Origin: Hormiphora californensis
Taxonomy: Eukaryota > Animalia > Ctenophora
Direction: 5' to 3'
DNA: 64,000 bases
Assembly (NCBI GenBank): GCA_020137815.1
Contig: CM035362.1
Span: 3,534,001 to 3,598,000, forward strand
Shown here piece by piece: positions 11,170-25,380 of the stretch. Both the position numbers and the translations under genes were made by a program. Position 1 is the stretch's first letter. Every line of letters begins with the position of its first letter. The notes beneath the pieces were generated by a model. It saw only the letters and a list, made by a program, of their open reading frames with translations. It had not been told where the DNA came from and searched no databases.

Positions 11170-12050
11170 AAAATTGTGCAGGGGCCACCCCAAAATTAAT
11201 CTCTAAGTAATTAATTAATTAATTTTGACTATTCCCACTTTCTGTAGATTATATTATATGTTTTATGCATGAAGAACATTCCTAGAAAGTTTCAAGTCGA
11301 TATTTTAAGCAGAACGGAAAATATAATTTAGTGCATGGGCAAACAAAATGGTGCAAGGGCACATGTTCAGGGGAAATTTGCACAAATTGTGCAGGGGCAA
11401 ATTTTAATTAATTTGCCTATAATTAATTACCTAATTGATATATTAATCATACGGCTCTTCTAGTACTCGTAGTTATGCTACTAGAACATGCATAGAAAGT
11501 TTCGTGTCAAAATATTAAACGGTGTGGACACAGTTTGATCATAAAATTGGTGCAAGGGCTGCCCTTGCACCATTTGCCCTTGCACATTGCCTGCCCTTGC
11601 ACCAAATTCCATTTTTTGCACGGCTCTAACTAACTAATTAATTAATTTTGACTATTCCCACTTTTCGAACATCATCTTTTATGATTGAAGAACATTCCTA
11701 CAAAGTTTCAAGTCGATATTTTAAGCAGAACGGAAAATAGAATTTGGTGCAAGGGCGCGGTGCAAGGGACATAACACGCAATGTGCAGGGGCACGGTGCC
11801 CTTGCACCGTTTTTAATTACCTATAATTAATTAATTAATTAAAAATTCAAAAATCCGCCAACGTCATGACACAAAGGAATACTACAAGAACATGCCTACA
11901 AAATTTCAAGTCGATATCTCAAACGGTGTGGCCACAATCGTTGACATGTTTTTTGCCCCCCCCCCCCCCCCCCCAAAAAAAAGACCTTTCTTTGTTCTTA
12001 ATAGGGCCGGCATTTTTGGGTTTTTGTGCAAGGGCAAAAAATTTTTTTTC
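11170..12050. repeat. Internally repetitive element with direct and inverted TGCAAGGGC/GCCCTTGCA motifs (probable non-autonomous DNA transposon)
   Basis: Duplicated blocks (AAAGTTTCAAGTCGATATTTTAAGCAGAACGG at about 11286 and 11702) and many TGCA(A/G)GGG motifs. Termini are unresolved. Confidence 0.5.
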
Positions 12051-12130
12051 TTTTTTTCGTTTTTTGCTGTTTTCTTCGGGTCGGAGGTGCCTGCCAGCAT
12101 CACACATGAGTGTCATTTTATACTACAACA

Positions 12131-12239
12131 CAGGAACCGACCGGCACAAGTAAACAACCAATCAGAACTCGATATTTAGGTCACGTGACTGGTTATCAGC
12201 CAATCAGGGACCAGTATTTCCTGATTCGGTCGGTTCCTG
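12131..12239 (+). mobile_element. MITE family A
   Basis: Full TIRs; perfect 8-bp TSD CTACAACA. Confidence 0.9.
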
Positions 12240-12618
12240 CTACAACACCACTTCAACAACATCTCCACTCAATGTATCATTGTCAAGGAGAATTCATCAT
12301 ATCTTACTACCCCAATATAACTCACAACTCAGGACATTTTGTGTGTAACAACCTGCTATAATTGTACAACGTAGGTTATAGAACGTTGAAATGGGGCTAA
12401 CTCCCACTTAACTACATTCCGCTTTTTCAACTGTAAACCAAGCTATGTCCCAGAAGCTATCTAAATCTCACTGAATTCTAATAGAGCCCAGCTCCTTCCT
12501 CTTCTGTGTACGACTCAAATTCAACTATCACACACACATCATGTATCGCAACAATAAACTTCAACAAAACGCACCTCACACATCTCCCAACCGAGATCTG
12601 TACAACACCAAGTTCGCA

Positions 12619-15600
12619 TCAACTTTTAACACCCGATCCAATTGCATTTTGATATTCTTTTGCCGCTTTCCGGAGCTTCTCTATTGAAATCTGGTTATCA
12701 GCGTTCTTGCTCCCTGAATTGGGTGACGAAGTTGAGGAGGAGACAGAGCTGGGAGGGGGTGAGAAGGTCGTGGTGGTGGGTTGCTGCTGCTGGGGAGGCC
12801 CTCCTGAATTTGGGCTCGTTGCCGACGGGACTGCAGTAGTTGTTGCTGAGTTGACGGTGTCAATCACGCTGATGCTTGTCGCCTGGGGAAAAGGTATTTT
12901 TAGAGGGGTTTGTTTCTTCCCAGACAAACAGATTCTAATCATACAAGTTTATTGATTCTCAGTTTTATGCCATAGCTTTCTTTCTTCTCCTTTCTCTATC
13001 TTAAACTTGCTTTCTCTCCCCTCTCTCTCTCCCCTCTCTCTCTACCCCTCTCTCTCAGAACAGGCCTGTGTGTGTGTCAGTGCTGAGATCTTATTATGAG
13101 GTTAATTAATGAATCAAGGTTGTTTGAAAACAAAAATACACCCACGTGGGTAATCACGAGATAAATTTTGATTGGTTTTCCTTGGTCACGTGACCTAATT
13201 GGAGGACTCTGATTGGTTTAGCCATAACAGAGGGCCAGATGAAGGGAGATTGATTGAGAGAGGGGGGTGCAGAGAAAAAGTGGTAAACAATTTCACGGCA
13301 AGGAATGATTTAGACGGAGCGGCTGATGTGTGAGAATTGTTGTCAGTGAGATGATGTATGGGATGGTGTGGATGTTTGTAATCAGAAACCAGGAAACGAC
13401 CGACACAAGTAAACAACCAATCAGAACTCATTATTTAGGTCACGTGACTGGTTATCAGCCAATCAGGGACCAGTATTTCCTGATTCGGTCGGTTCCTGCT
13501 GTGCGGAATGGACGACATATCAATTGTTCTCACTGACTCTCAGAAACAACATTGTTTATACATAATTGATGAAAATGAAAACTCCCTGCAGTCAGCAGTC
13601 CCCAAACTGACAAACAAACAAACTGACAAACTGACAAACTGAAAAAATGGCAAATTCAACTTACTGTTGAGGGGGTTACAATGGCGGGGGTAGCAGTTAG
13701 GGGTGTCGATGGGGCTGATAGGAGCTGAGGAGGGGGTGATGTTGTGGATGAGGGTTGTCCAGATGAGAGGCTCTGCTGAAGTTGTGCCAGCTGTTGGAAC
13801 AACCTGAGATGTGGATAGAAGGGGGTTAGGGATATGGGAGGGGAGAGAAGGGGGTTAGGGAGCTGGTGGTGAGGAAGGGGGTTAGGGAGGGGGTTAGGGA
13901 GGGGGTTAGGGAGGGGGCTGATAGGAGCTGAGGAGGGGGTGATGTTGTGGAGGAGGGCTGTCCTGATGAGAGGCTCTGCTGAAGTTGTGCCAGCTGTTGG
14001 AACAATCTGAGATGGGGAGAGAAGGGGGGTTAGGGAGGGGGTTAGGGAGGGGGTTAGGGAGGGGGGTTAGGGAGCTGAGGAGGGGGTGATGTTATGGAGG
14101 AGGGCTGTCCTGATGAGAGGCTCTGCTGAAGTTGTGCCAACTGTTGGAACAATCTGAGATGGGGAGGAGGGGGGTTAGGGATATGGGAGGGGAGAGAAGG
14201 GGGTTAGGGAGGGGGGTTAGGGATCTGGTGGTGAGGAAGGGGGTTAGGGAGGGGGTTAGGGAGGGGGTTAGGGAGGGGCTGATAGGAGCTGAGGAGGGGC
14301 TGATAGGAGCTGGGGAGGGGGTGATGTTGTGGAGGAGGGCTGTCCTGATGAGAGGCTCTGTTGAAGTTGTGCCAACTGTTGGAACAACCTGAGATGGGGA
14401 GGAGGGGGTTAGGGATATGGGAGGGGAGAGAAGGGGGTTAGGGAGCTGGGAGAGAAGGGGGTTAGGGATCTGGGAGAGAAGGGGGTTAGGGATCTGGGGA
14501 GGGGAGAGAAGGGGGTTAGGAATCTGGATTCTGGGGTTAGAGATCTGGTGGGGAGAAGGGGGTTAGGGAGCTGGGAGAGAAGGGGGTTAGGAATCTGGAT
14601 TCTGGGGTTAGAGATCTGGTGGGGAGAAGGGGGTTAGAGATCTGGTGGGGAGAAGGGGGTTAGGGAGCTGGTGGGGGAGAAGGGGGTTAGGGATCTGGGA
14701 GAGAGAAGGGGGTTAGGAATCTGGATTCTGGGGTTAGAGATCTGGTGGAGAGAAGGGGGTTAGGGAGCTGGGAGGGGAGAAGGGGGTTAGAGGGAGCTGG
14801 GAGAGAAGGAGGTTAGGGAGCTGGTGGGGAGGAAGGGGGTTAAGGAGCTGGTGGGGGAGAAGGGGGTTAGGTATCTTGGGGGTGAGAAGGGGGTTAGGGA
14901 TCTGGGGAGGGAGAGCTGGATTCTGGGGTTAGGGATCTGGGATTAGGGATCTTGGGAGGGGGGGGGGGCAAGGTTAGGGGCTAAACCGATATCATGGATA
15001 CTTGGGAGACATAATAATTGGAAATGGTACTCGGGGAAAGCGATTAAATTTTGAGAAAAGGAAGTTGTAATGTATTATGAAACCCGATAGTTGATTTATC
15101 AGTCGTTTGAAGATTTTGCGCGCTCATGATAACTGCTAGCTGGGGGATTTAACACCCTGCTCGCGATTTATCAGGCCAGTGTCCTTTTTCACGCGTTTCT
15201 CTTCATTTGAATAACATGCGTGTAAAATTCTAAGTATTGAAAATGTGTGTAAACACACAGTTCTGTCAACAAAAGAAAGGGGAAACATGTCTGCAACACG
15301 TTTCAATGTTATCTCTCTCATAAGGAGTGAAAAGAATCACATTCCATTCATTTCTCTCTCTCTCATTGTCTCTTTTACTGTTCACTACCTCTGACAGTGT
15401 GTATGGCCCCTAATCTTTCTCTCTCTTTCTCAAACATGTTAGGAACAGTAGACACTAAGTCTACACACATTTTCAGGGTATCTGTTGACTATTTACCAGC
15501 AGTTCTAGTGTGTTTCACCTTGTGTTGTGTCTCTTATTTGTGTGTAATTACTATCGGGTTTCATAAAATATGAACGTTTGTTAGCCTATCGCGTTATAGG

Positions 15601-17202
15601 TTTAAATCACCTCCCCCTCACCCTCGGCTGGCGCCTCGGGATCGGCGTCGGGATTTAAACCAGTTTAATCGCCCTGCCGGGCGATTAAACTCCAGTTGGC
15701 TGTCCCCAGCTCGCGCTGGGAACAGCCAACTTCATAACGCGCCAGTCTACAAACGTTCATACTTCATTTATGATTTGGAAGGTACTTGATAACGCTAGAA
15801 TAGAGCCGGAAAAATTGTAATACAACACATGTATGCTTCATTGCGCGACAAAAAACCTTTCTTCCAATGATAAAATTCCCGACAGATTAGCCCGCATGTC
15901 GGCATTTTATTCTAATTTAATTTATCAATAAACTGATAGTGGAGACGTTCATATTTAACAGAATATACACTTTTAATTCTCTGCAACAACCAACGGTAAT
16001 AAAAAAGCGTACTCGAGATCTAGGTGCCGCTAGGTCATGACCGGGTAAGTTTTGGGCTAGTTTTTGGACAGATTTGTAATCATACTACTTACTATTCAAA
16101 TTGTCAGTGCTACATCACCTAGCAACTACACCTGCACGTGCAATTATTAGAGCAACTTAGAAACCTCACTCTCAGTTGCAGTTTTGGGTACTAAGGGAAA
16201 TTCAATTCTGCACGTGCATTCTTTTACTTTTGTCCTGATGTCTAACTCTTCAACCCCAAGCGCTATTCGGCAACGGTCATCTGGGTCCGGAAGATCTGCT
16301 GCTGTCAGAGAGCAGGCTAGAGAATATGACAGCTTACGCCAACGTGTTCAAGCGAGCCAATCAACGACTACTGATAGCTTTACCCAACGTCGCCCAAGGG
16401 TGATTACTCCAATCGAATATAGAAATCTCTGAATTGGCTACATAGCGGCCAAGTTTTCACGTGATGAGTTTCTGTAACAGCACTGAACCTCCCTGACATT
16501 GATTTTTTAAATTCGCGCCTTGACATTGTCAGGAAGCCCAGAGCGTACAACAACATAGCGTAAAACAACGTAGTATAGGGAGAAAGTGAGAGATAGGCTA
16601 GGAACGGATGGTGCAGGTGATGTCAGCGTTCCCTAATCCAGCTACCATTTCCCCGAAATTCGCCCGTAGGGCGAACGGGCCTACTAGTTTAATCTAACCC
16701 TATTTTACATTACGGAGCGCGTGAAGAGAGGGTCGAACTAGTTTTGGTAGGTGTAGCTAGATATGCATGCTCGACATTACAATCGTGTCAGGCGGATCTT
16801 TCTCTCGTTTTGCTCTATCTTAGAAACGTGAAATATGTCATGCGGCTGGTGGATCTTTCTCTCGTATTTTGAAAAAAAAGTGCTCGATGTAATGCCTAAT
16901 GGAGATGTTACCGACTGCTTTGCTCGACCCTGTTTATCCAGGGGTTTGAATAAAACAGGAACCGACCGAATCAGGAAATACTGGTCCCTGATTGGCTGAT
17001 AACCAGTCACGTGACCTAAATAACGAGTTCTGATTGGTTGTTTACTTGTTTCGGTCGGTTCCTGGAATAAAACAAGTTACTGGTCGGGATGGAACATGAG
17101 AGGACGTGGGCATTTTGTGCAACCATGGAGTCATCCCAGCAGCATCAGGTGGAGTCCCGGCCAATATGCTTCATTATAGTGTAATATGATTAGAACGGTC
17201 TA

Positions 17203-17239
<37 letters not shown>

Positions 17240-17358
17240 CCAAGATTTACACAGTAAGATATTATTGGGAAATATTTAGTGTGAGCGCTACTATTGCAAC
17301 TCGTACCTTGACGGAGAGAAGAAAAGGGGAGAGAGAGAGAGAAAGAGAGAAAGAGAGC

Positions 17359-17395
<37 letters not shown>

Positions 17396-17396
17396 C

Positions 17397-17430
<34 letters not shown>

Positions 17431-20400
17431 GAGAGAGAAAGAAAAAAGGTGCCCCTCACCCGCCCCTGGGTGAGTAGGTTACTAGAATAGAGCTGATTCG
17501 GGCTATACAGCTCAAATGATGGTATTTTGATTAATTAACCCTGATTCGTGACCTTCACGAAGCTCGCATAGATCCACATGAAATTATTGAGGCCTTGAAA
17601 TTTCATTAATTAAAAACTTCAAATTTGGGTCTGTGCCTGCGAGATTATTCGACGAAAAAGACTGTACGGCGTATAACAGTCCTTTTCGTGTCTGCGAGAT
17701 CGTGGCTATGTCATATTCTTGTTTTGCATGATTAATTCAATAAATTACAATAAAGAAATATGAATCTCCCGAAGTTTTCATTCAAGTCATAACAATACCA
17801 ATATCAAAAATTATTAATAAAAATCTAATTAATTAAGATTAGTATTGTTTTGACAGGGGAAAATTATAGGAGATGCGGATTTTTGGAATACTGGATATTG
17901 TTTATATTACCAATTTATCATGTCATTCATTATCATAATAAGACATTTTAAAGTTAGGCAGAGGCTATAGCTACTCAAAGAAAGATTGGCAAATCTTGTC
18001 TTGACAACTCCCTGACTATAAAAAGGAGAGAGGTGATCGAGAAAGATGATATTTGTGATTGGGAGTGCTGCAGAGATATATGCTACTCAACAAGTGCTCT
18101 CTTGAGGGTGGGGACTTAGCAGAACAGGGCGGGGACTTAGCAGAACAGGGTGGGGACTTAGTAGAACAGGGTGGGGGACTTAGCAGAACAGGGCGGAGAC
18201 TTAGCAGAACAGGGTGGGGGACTTAGCAGAACAGGGTGGGGGACTTAGCAGAACAGGGTGGGGGACTTAGCAGAACAGGGCGGGGACTTAGCAGAACAGG
18301 GTGGGGGACTTAGCAGAACAGGGTGGGGGACTTAGCAGAACAGGGTGGGGGACTTAGCAGAACAGGGCGGGGACTTAGCAGAACAGGGCGGGGACTTAGC
18401 AGAACAGGGTGGGGGACTTAGCAGAACAGGGTGGGGGACTTAGCAGAACAGGGTGGGGGACTTAGCAGAACAGGGCGGGGGACTTAGCAGAACAGGGCGG
18501 GGACTTAGCAGAACAGGGTGGGGGACTTAGCAGAACAGGGTGGGGGACTTAGCAGAACAGGGTGGGGGACTTAGCAGAACAGGGCGGGGACTTAGCAGAA
18601 CAGGGCGGGGACTTAGCAGAACAGGGTGGGGGACTTAGCAGAACAGGGTGGGGGACTTAGCAGAACAGGGTGGGGGACTTAGCAGAACAGGGCGGGGGAC
18701 GCATAGGAAACACGAGGTCCGGGGGCGAAATAATATGCTTAGACATGTGTTCGGTGAAAACGCCAAACGGAGTCAAATAACAATGGAAATCGGTCTTCAA
18801 AAATTCAATTTAATAGATACTAAAAAAAGTTGGGTAAAGTCGGGGGAAGTTGGATAAAGTTGGAGAGAGCTGGGGGTTAATTAGTGTTTCAAAGAATTCT
18901 CGTTAGTGTTGGGTAAGTTGGGGAATTTGGGTAAGTAGGAGGGTCAGTACCAGGAACCGACCGAAACCAGTAAACAACCAATCAGAACTCGTTATTTAGG
19001 TCACGTGACTGGTTATGAGCCAATCAGGGACCAGTATTTCCTGATTCGGTCGGTTCCTGCTACTGTTGTCGTTGAATTACTCACGGGGATGTTAGAGGGC
19101 TTGTTGGAGACACAACGTTCTTAAGACCCATCATGAGCTGGAGGGCATTAGCCTGCTGTAGGACGGCTTGTTGTAGGGCTGCCGTACTGAAGGAACAGAT
19201 AATTACGAAAATTTTGCATAATCATAATTAAATTGATAATTAAGTTGATAATTAATAGTTTTCTTTGTCCGTATAATACATGAATCTTTTAATTTAGTGG
19301 GATTTTATTTAACTCATTAAAGTAAAACTACCAACCTAGCATATGAATTCAGGTAGCCGGCATTTCCGAGAAGTTGTGATGCTATCAGGTTCTCCGCTGC
19401 TGTCTTTGCTTTCTCACTTTTTCGGTGCTTTGCCCTCCGATTCTGAAACCATACCTGAAAATATAATTGACAAATTTAATGACTATGATACATTACGTCA
19501 TGTTAATTGACATGTTAGGTTACATGTTAGGTAACATGTTAAACATGTCGTACTATAGGGTCATTGGGTATCCTGCCTAGCCTAGTATCTAAGAGATGGA
19601 TAAATAAGTTGTAGGTTGAGAGTGGTGATCTCATCTGTAAATACTACTTCATTGATCTAAATAACTTTGCGGCCGAGTGGTAACCAAATCTGAACCCCAC
19701 GGAATGTTTTAACAACTCTCCCTCTCTCCCTGAGTCTCAATATATGAGCTGCTATATATTATAGGAGTGACCTAGTATAATCTGCCGTCAGCAAATTAAA
19801 TTATTGAATTTACCGTGGGAACTGTGTCGATAAGTTCACTTTGCACCCAAGGTTTCGGAATTTAGAGTGATATGCAACGGTGCCGCAGTTCCAAATTAGA
19901 ATAGGCCCTGATAAAAATATATACGTTCCAAGGAGAGCGATAACAGTTTCTATTGGGGGGTTTCTGGAAATTGAATTCAAACAAGCGGGCCATTGGCGAC
20001 AGAGGGGCGACAGAAAGTTAATCGAGTTCCTGGAATGACTGTGATATATAATTATAACGGAAAATGCAGAACGATCTTATATTTTTTATTTCCTATTTTC
20101 ATTTATTAGCTCAGCCACACTCCTGTTGGGAGTGAAGGGGTCCCAAACACAGGGTCTAGGGATTTCTCTCTCTCTCCCTCTCTCTCCCTCTCTCTTTCAC
20201 TCTCCAAAGTTTAATAAATCTGATTAACCAAATGATTGTTGGAATTTAATACGCCTAATATAGCTGGATATGACAACCCTCCCAAACCCTGGACTCCCAT
20301 TGGCTCCCTTCCATCACGTGACATCTCATTCTGCGCTGTGATTGGTTGATTCAAATCACGTGATAGGCAGTTCTGGCAGGTGATTGGATGTCCCTGATTA

Positions 20401-23400
20401 ATAAGGTGCAATTGGGGTAGACTCTAATGTTGATTTGGGGACGGCCGTGTGTATAACTATAATATACGAACTGGACAAGAGGAGGTGGGCCGAGAGAAAT
20501 TCACACTGCTGTCGAATTGTATTAAATTTAAAAAGACAGGTCCAAATGAACTTTATTAAAGTTTAAAAGACAGGTCCAAATGAACCAAAATTAGACCCGG
20601 TAGACACGTGCTTGGTTCACAAAGCATTTAGTTTCAAGCTCCTTTTCTCTCATAAAGTTTGTTACCAAACAAAACTATTGATGCGGGGGGGGAATGGGAA
20701 AACATGGGTTTATATTGCCTTGTTCAACCCTGCATGACTCACAAACAGGAGGGTTTATGTCAGGAACCGACCGGCACAAGTAAACAACCAATCAGAACTC
20801 GTTATTTAGGACACGTGACTGGTTATCAGCCAATCAGGGACCAGTATTTCCTGGTTCGGTCGGTTCCTGGTTTATGTCGAGGTGTAACTGACCTGGACTC
20901 GAGACTCGGTCAGATTGTGCTTCATAGCGAGCTCCTCCCGTGTAAATATATCTGGATAGTGAGTCTTAGCAAACACTTTCTCTAGCTCCTGAGAGAGGGG
21001 GTAGTTGTTAGATTAATTCTGGTGGAATTTCATTAAAACAGTAAATAGCTGAAAAACAACGGTCACGCAGTGAATAAGCAGAGAATACGCAGAGAATACG
21101 CAGAGAATACGCAGAGAATACGCAGTGAATACGCAAAGAATACGCAAAGAATACGCAAAGAATACGCAGAGAATACGCAGTGTTTGAGCACAAGGAGTTA
21201 TTATAGCTACAGGACACGAAATTTCAAACCCATGTCTCCTACAGCAGCAGTCCTTGCCCCAACCAAACTCACATCAAGTTGTGCCTGTGTAAATGTGTGT
21301 CTGTTTCTCCACTTTCTCTTGTTACCCTCGCAATCCATTCCTGGAGACATGCCACTTTCACCAGAATCTATTGGGGTTACCATGGTTACCAGGGTTGTTA
21401 ACTTGTCGTCATGTGTTTGAGTTGTTTCATGTCAAGTCAATTCAAGTTACAAATTGTATTGTTCTTGGGACATGTAGGACTACTGAAAGTGGGACAAAAT
21501 ATATGACAAAAGCTAGCTGATTTTATATATTGGCTTTGTGTAATTTTTTCCCCGCCCGGGTGAATGCCGAAGGCATTCACCCGGATGCCTTTTGCAAAAA
21601 GGCATAGGGGTTTAGAATTCGACAAGTTTACATACTAGTGAAGTGTCACGCTTTTTTTGTCCCGTGACGTAACCCATCCATAGCAACCATCCAGTGCGGA
21701 GTGCTCAAAATATCATTTGAAATACTTCACACACGCTCTAATTCAAATTGCCCACGAAGGCGACGCCCGCAAAGTTATTACAGTGCTGAAATGACGCACT
21801 TTCATTAGAACGCGCAGCCCGGCGCCGCGCGCCCCTTCCTGTTTGCAATTCATAACGTTCATCGTTCGTCATGTGTTCGTCATTACAATTGCGCTCTGGT
21901 ATTGTCATTGATTACATGAGGTGAGAGGTCAGTTGAGTGGAGATCACATAGACTAGAAAAGGAGCCTAATTAGGCAGCTCATCACCTGCACTGTTCTGTC
22001 TCACCTTTCAGAATCTCATTAGGTCATGGGTGATGGGATGTCACATGCCAATGGCGGGGAAATACAGCACTATGGATACATAGTGCAAATCTTCTTGTTA
22101 TTTCTCCCACGACATATTATTGTTATAGCCAGGAGAAAAGTTTATATTTGTTAAAGCTCCAGAAAACTCCATCAAGTACTGTCACCAGAATCTTTTAACA
22201 AATTAAGGCCAAGGTTTTGTTTGTTACATACTAGTATATCATATTTTAAGGCCGAAATTACCACCCTACCCCCCCCCATATTTGTGGTTAGCTATGAAAT
22301 GAACGATTTAGAGATTCTGGTATAATTCCTTGAAGCTGGGATCAAACTAGGTGAGCTAAACGGAGAGGGGGCTAGAGACCGGGGGGTCATGAGCCATATA
22401 ATATTTGACCACTAAATCTTTAGACCGCTCATTATATCCGGGGGGGGGGGGCTAATTTAATGAATCATGCTATATACTGTGTGATTTTAAATGACTGAGA
22501 CTGCTCTATCTCAAATTGTGTAAAAACTATGGCATCTTTCGACTTCAAATTTTGGGACACGATAAAACATAATTTCTCATTTATTCTCCCAGATTTTCAG
22601 AAAGTTTCCGTGTTCCTGAATGAACTTATTGCCATAAAACCTCCTTCAACTTTACACAGTCATATCTCTGGAGTCTAATGAGATAGAGAGTTCAGATTTT
22701 TAGGAGAGACAGATAAGACGATTTTGAATGTTTTGTCTGCTTTACAAGTTGATAACTTTTACCGTCTGTTCACAGGAACTGTTTAAAGTGATGTAACACG
22801 CCCTAATTAGGCCAAATTTAGGTCATTTTACCCCTCAAAGATCACATGTCCAGCTGATTCTAGTGGGCTAATGAGGCCTCTTACACGAATTCGTCACGGG
22901 GTGTTAACTGGTCAAGGATACCGCTCTCCTTTTCACCTTGACCAACAGACATGATCATGAGTGTCTGGAAGTGGGTAAAAGTCTGTGAAACAGACAGATG
23001 CTGCTCTCCTACTTCAATCACTCTCTCGTTATAAGGTCACGTGACCCTGGAATTGGATTCTCGACAAGTCAGACATGATCCAGATGTCTACAAAGCAAAA
23101 TAGAGAGAGAGAGAGAGTAGGAGAGAAGAGAGAGAGAGCGAGAGAGAGAGAGAGGAGAGAACGCTTTGTAACCATTGGGACGTGTCGATGTCGAGATCCC
23201 AATTCCTCACGTGACCTTATAACGAGAGAGTGATTGAAGTAAGAGCACATCTTTGCCGTATCTCTACAGCTTTGTTACCAACTTCGCAGACACCCATGAT
23301 CATGTTCTTTTGGTCAAGGGTGAAAAAGGAGAAGCTGTATCCTTGCAGTAACACTACGGGACAATTCGTGGAAGGCCTCATTAGCCCACAGAATCAGCTG

Positions 23401-25324
23401 GACATGTGATCTTGAGGGGTAAAATGACCTAAATTTGCCTAATTAGGGCGTGTTACATCACTTTAAAACAGTTCCTGTAACAGACGGTAAAAGTTATCAA
23501 CTGTTAAAGCAGACAAAACATTCAAAATCGTCTTATCTGTCTCTCAAAAATCTGAAACTCTCTATCTCATTAGACTCCAGAGATATGACTGTGTAAAGTT
23601 GAGGAGGTTTATGGCAATAATTTCATTCAGGAACACGGAAACTTTCTGAAAATCTGGGAGAATAAATGAGAAATTATGTTTTAATCGTGTCCCAAAATTT
23701 GAAGTCGAAAGATGCCATAGTTTTTACACAATTTGAGATAGAGCAGTCTCAGTCATTTAAAATCACACAGTACTTATGGGGTCAGGGCTGAGAGGGTCAA
23801 CGTCACTAAAGATCATATGATTTCCCGCTTCTCTCTCACTCTCTCTTTCTTTCTCTCTCTTCGCCCTCCTCTTTCTCTCTCTCTCTCTCATTTCGTCTCC
23901 TATCCTGACTCTCATTTAGATTATATGGCTTTTGTCACAAGACAAAGGAACAATTTAAATTTAGGGGTGGATAGGAGAAAGACTTGGAAAATCACCACTC
24001 ACCCGACTCTCCCTCTCCCCTCCCCCTCTTTCTCTCTCTCTCTCTCTCTCCCTCTCTCACTCTCACTCTCTCTCTTCAATCCGGTGAATTATTCAAGTCC
24101 GGTGTGACTTGGGGTGCAGGGAGACGAAAATTAAGTGAGGCAATCTTGAAAGAGAAACAAAAGGGTAGAGAGACAGGTAGCGAAATGGAGAGGGAGAGAG
24201 GGAGAGAGATAGAAAGATAGATAGAGGGATAGAGAGAAGATTAGTGGAATTAATTCAAATGGGGTTAGGGGAAACGAGAAGTAGACAGGTCTCAGCCCCG
24301 GAGGGAATTTGAGAAAATGAGAGGGAAAATGAGGGACATAGACGGGGTTCAACACAAGGTTCTAAAGTCCGTTTTTATGATGAAGTTTACGGGACCGTGA
24401 CCAAATTCAAAATGTGACCAAATTCAAAATGTCAAATATGATCTTATTCTGCTAGTTTACAGTTGCCGAAAAGGTACTTTTATCAATTCTCGATACCCCC
24501 TAATTCCGATTTTCTTTCTCAGAATTCCTATGAGAATCCCCTCTTCGATAAAGAATTCTATTCTCTCTCTTTCTTTTCCTCTCTCTCTCTCTCCCCTCTC
24601 TCTCTTTTTATGACATCTAATGTTAATGAAATAACTGCCGAGATGATGTGTCGCGAACTCAATCATACAATGGCTATATAATTGAGTCAATTTAGAGAGA
24701 TAATCGAGTCGAGTCTCTTTAACGAAGAAAGTTAAAAAAAGGAAGGGGGAGTGAAGCGATAGATAGCGAGATAAGAGAGAGGATCGCTAGAGCGATGCGA
24801 TCGCTCTATATATAGATCGGGACTCGAGTAAGTAAAGAAATGATACGTCCTATATCCAATTTCAACGTTTCCTTTTTGAGTCAATAACATTGTGGCTTTA
24901 GAAAGAGCGACACGTGCGATATATTGGATTGTACTTTGCCCGGTTACAACAACACCTCACAGCACTCGATCTAGAGGGTAGCGCGAGAGCGAGAGATCGA
25001 GAGAGCTCGCGCTCTAGCGCTGCGCATCTCGATCTCGCTAGCGAGAGAGATAACAAACAAAAGAGAGAGAACTAGATCGAGATGTGCGAAGAGTGAACTC
25101 AGTTCCTCTTTAACTTGAAATTGAAGTCCTTTGGTCCGAATACAAGGTGCAATACACCTAGCTATTGTCAGAAAGGCCATCATACGACCTAATTGGAGTT
25201 AATTAGCCCATTATCAATTTACCACAATGGGGGCACACCCGGGTATACGGTCTATATGGGACTTGAGTAATAGCTATTAGAGCCTGAGGGTCTACGACAC
25301 GAATCAACCTACCACGAATCAGCT

Positions 25325-25380
<56 letters not shown>

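Noticed and set aside
12110-12361. Recurrent [28 protein letters not shown] peptide as a gene family
   Set aside because: It is an open frame through the non-coding MITE.
13820-14980. Interstitial telomere (many TTAGGG)
   Set aside because: TTAGGG occurs singly inside longer units and never as (TTAGGG)n. It is better explained as the complement of CCCTAA(C).
18106-18700. CRISPR-like array
   Set aside because: Head-to-tail units with no unique spacers, no cas genes, and a eukaryotic intron context.
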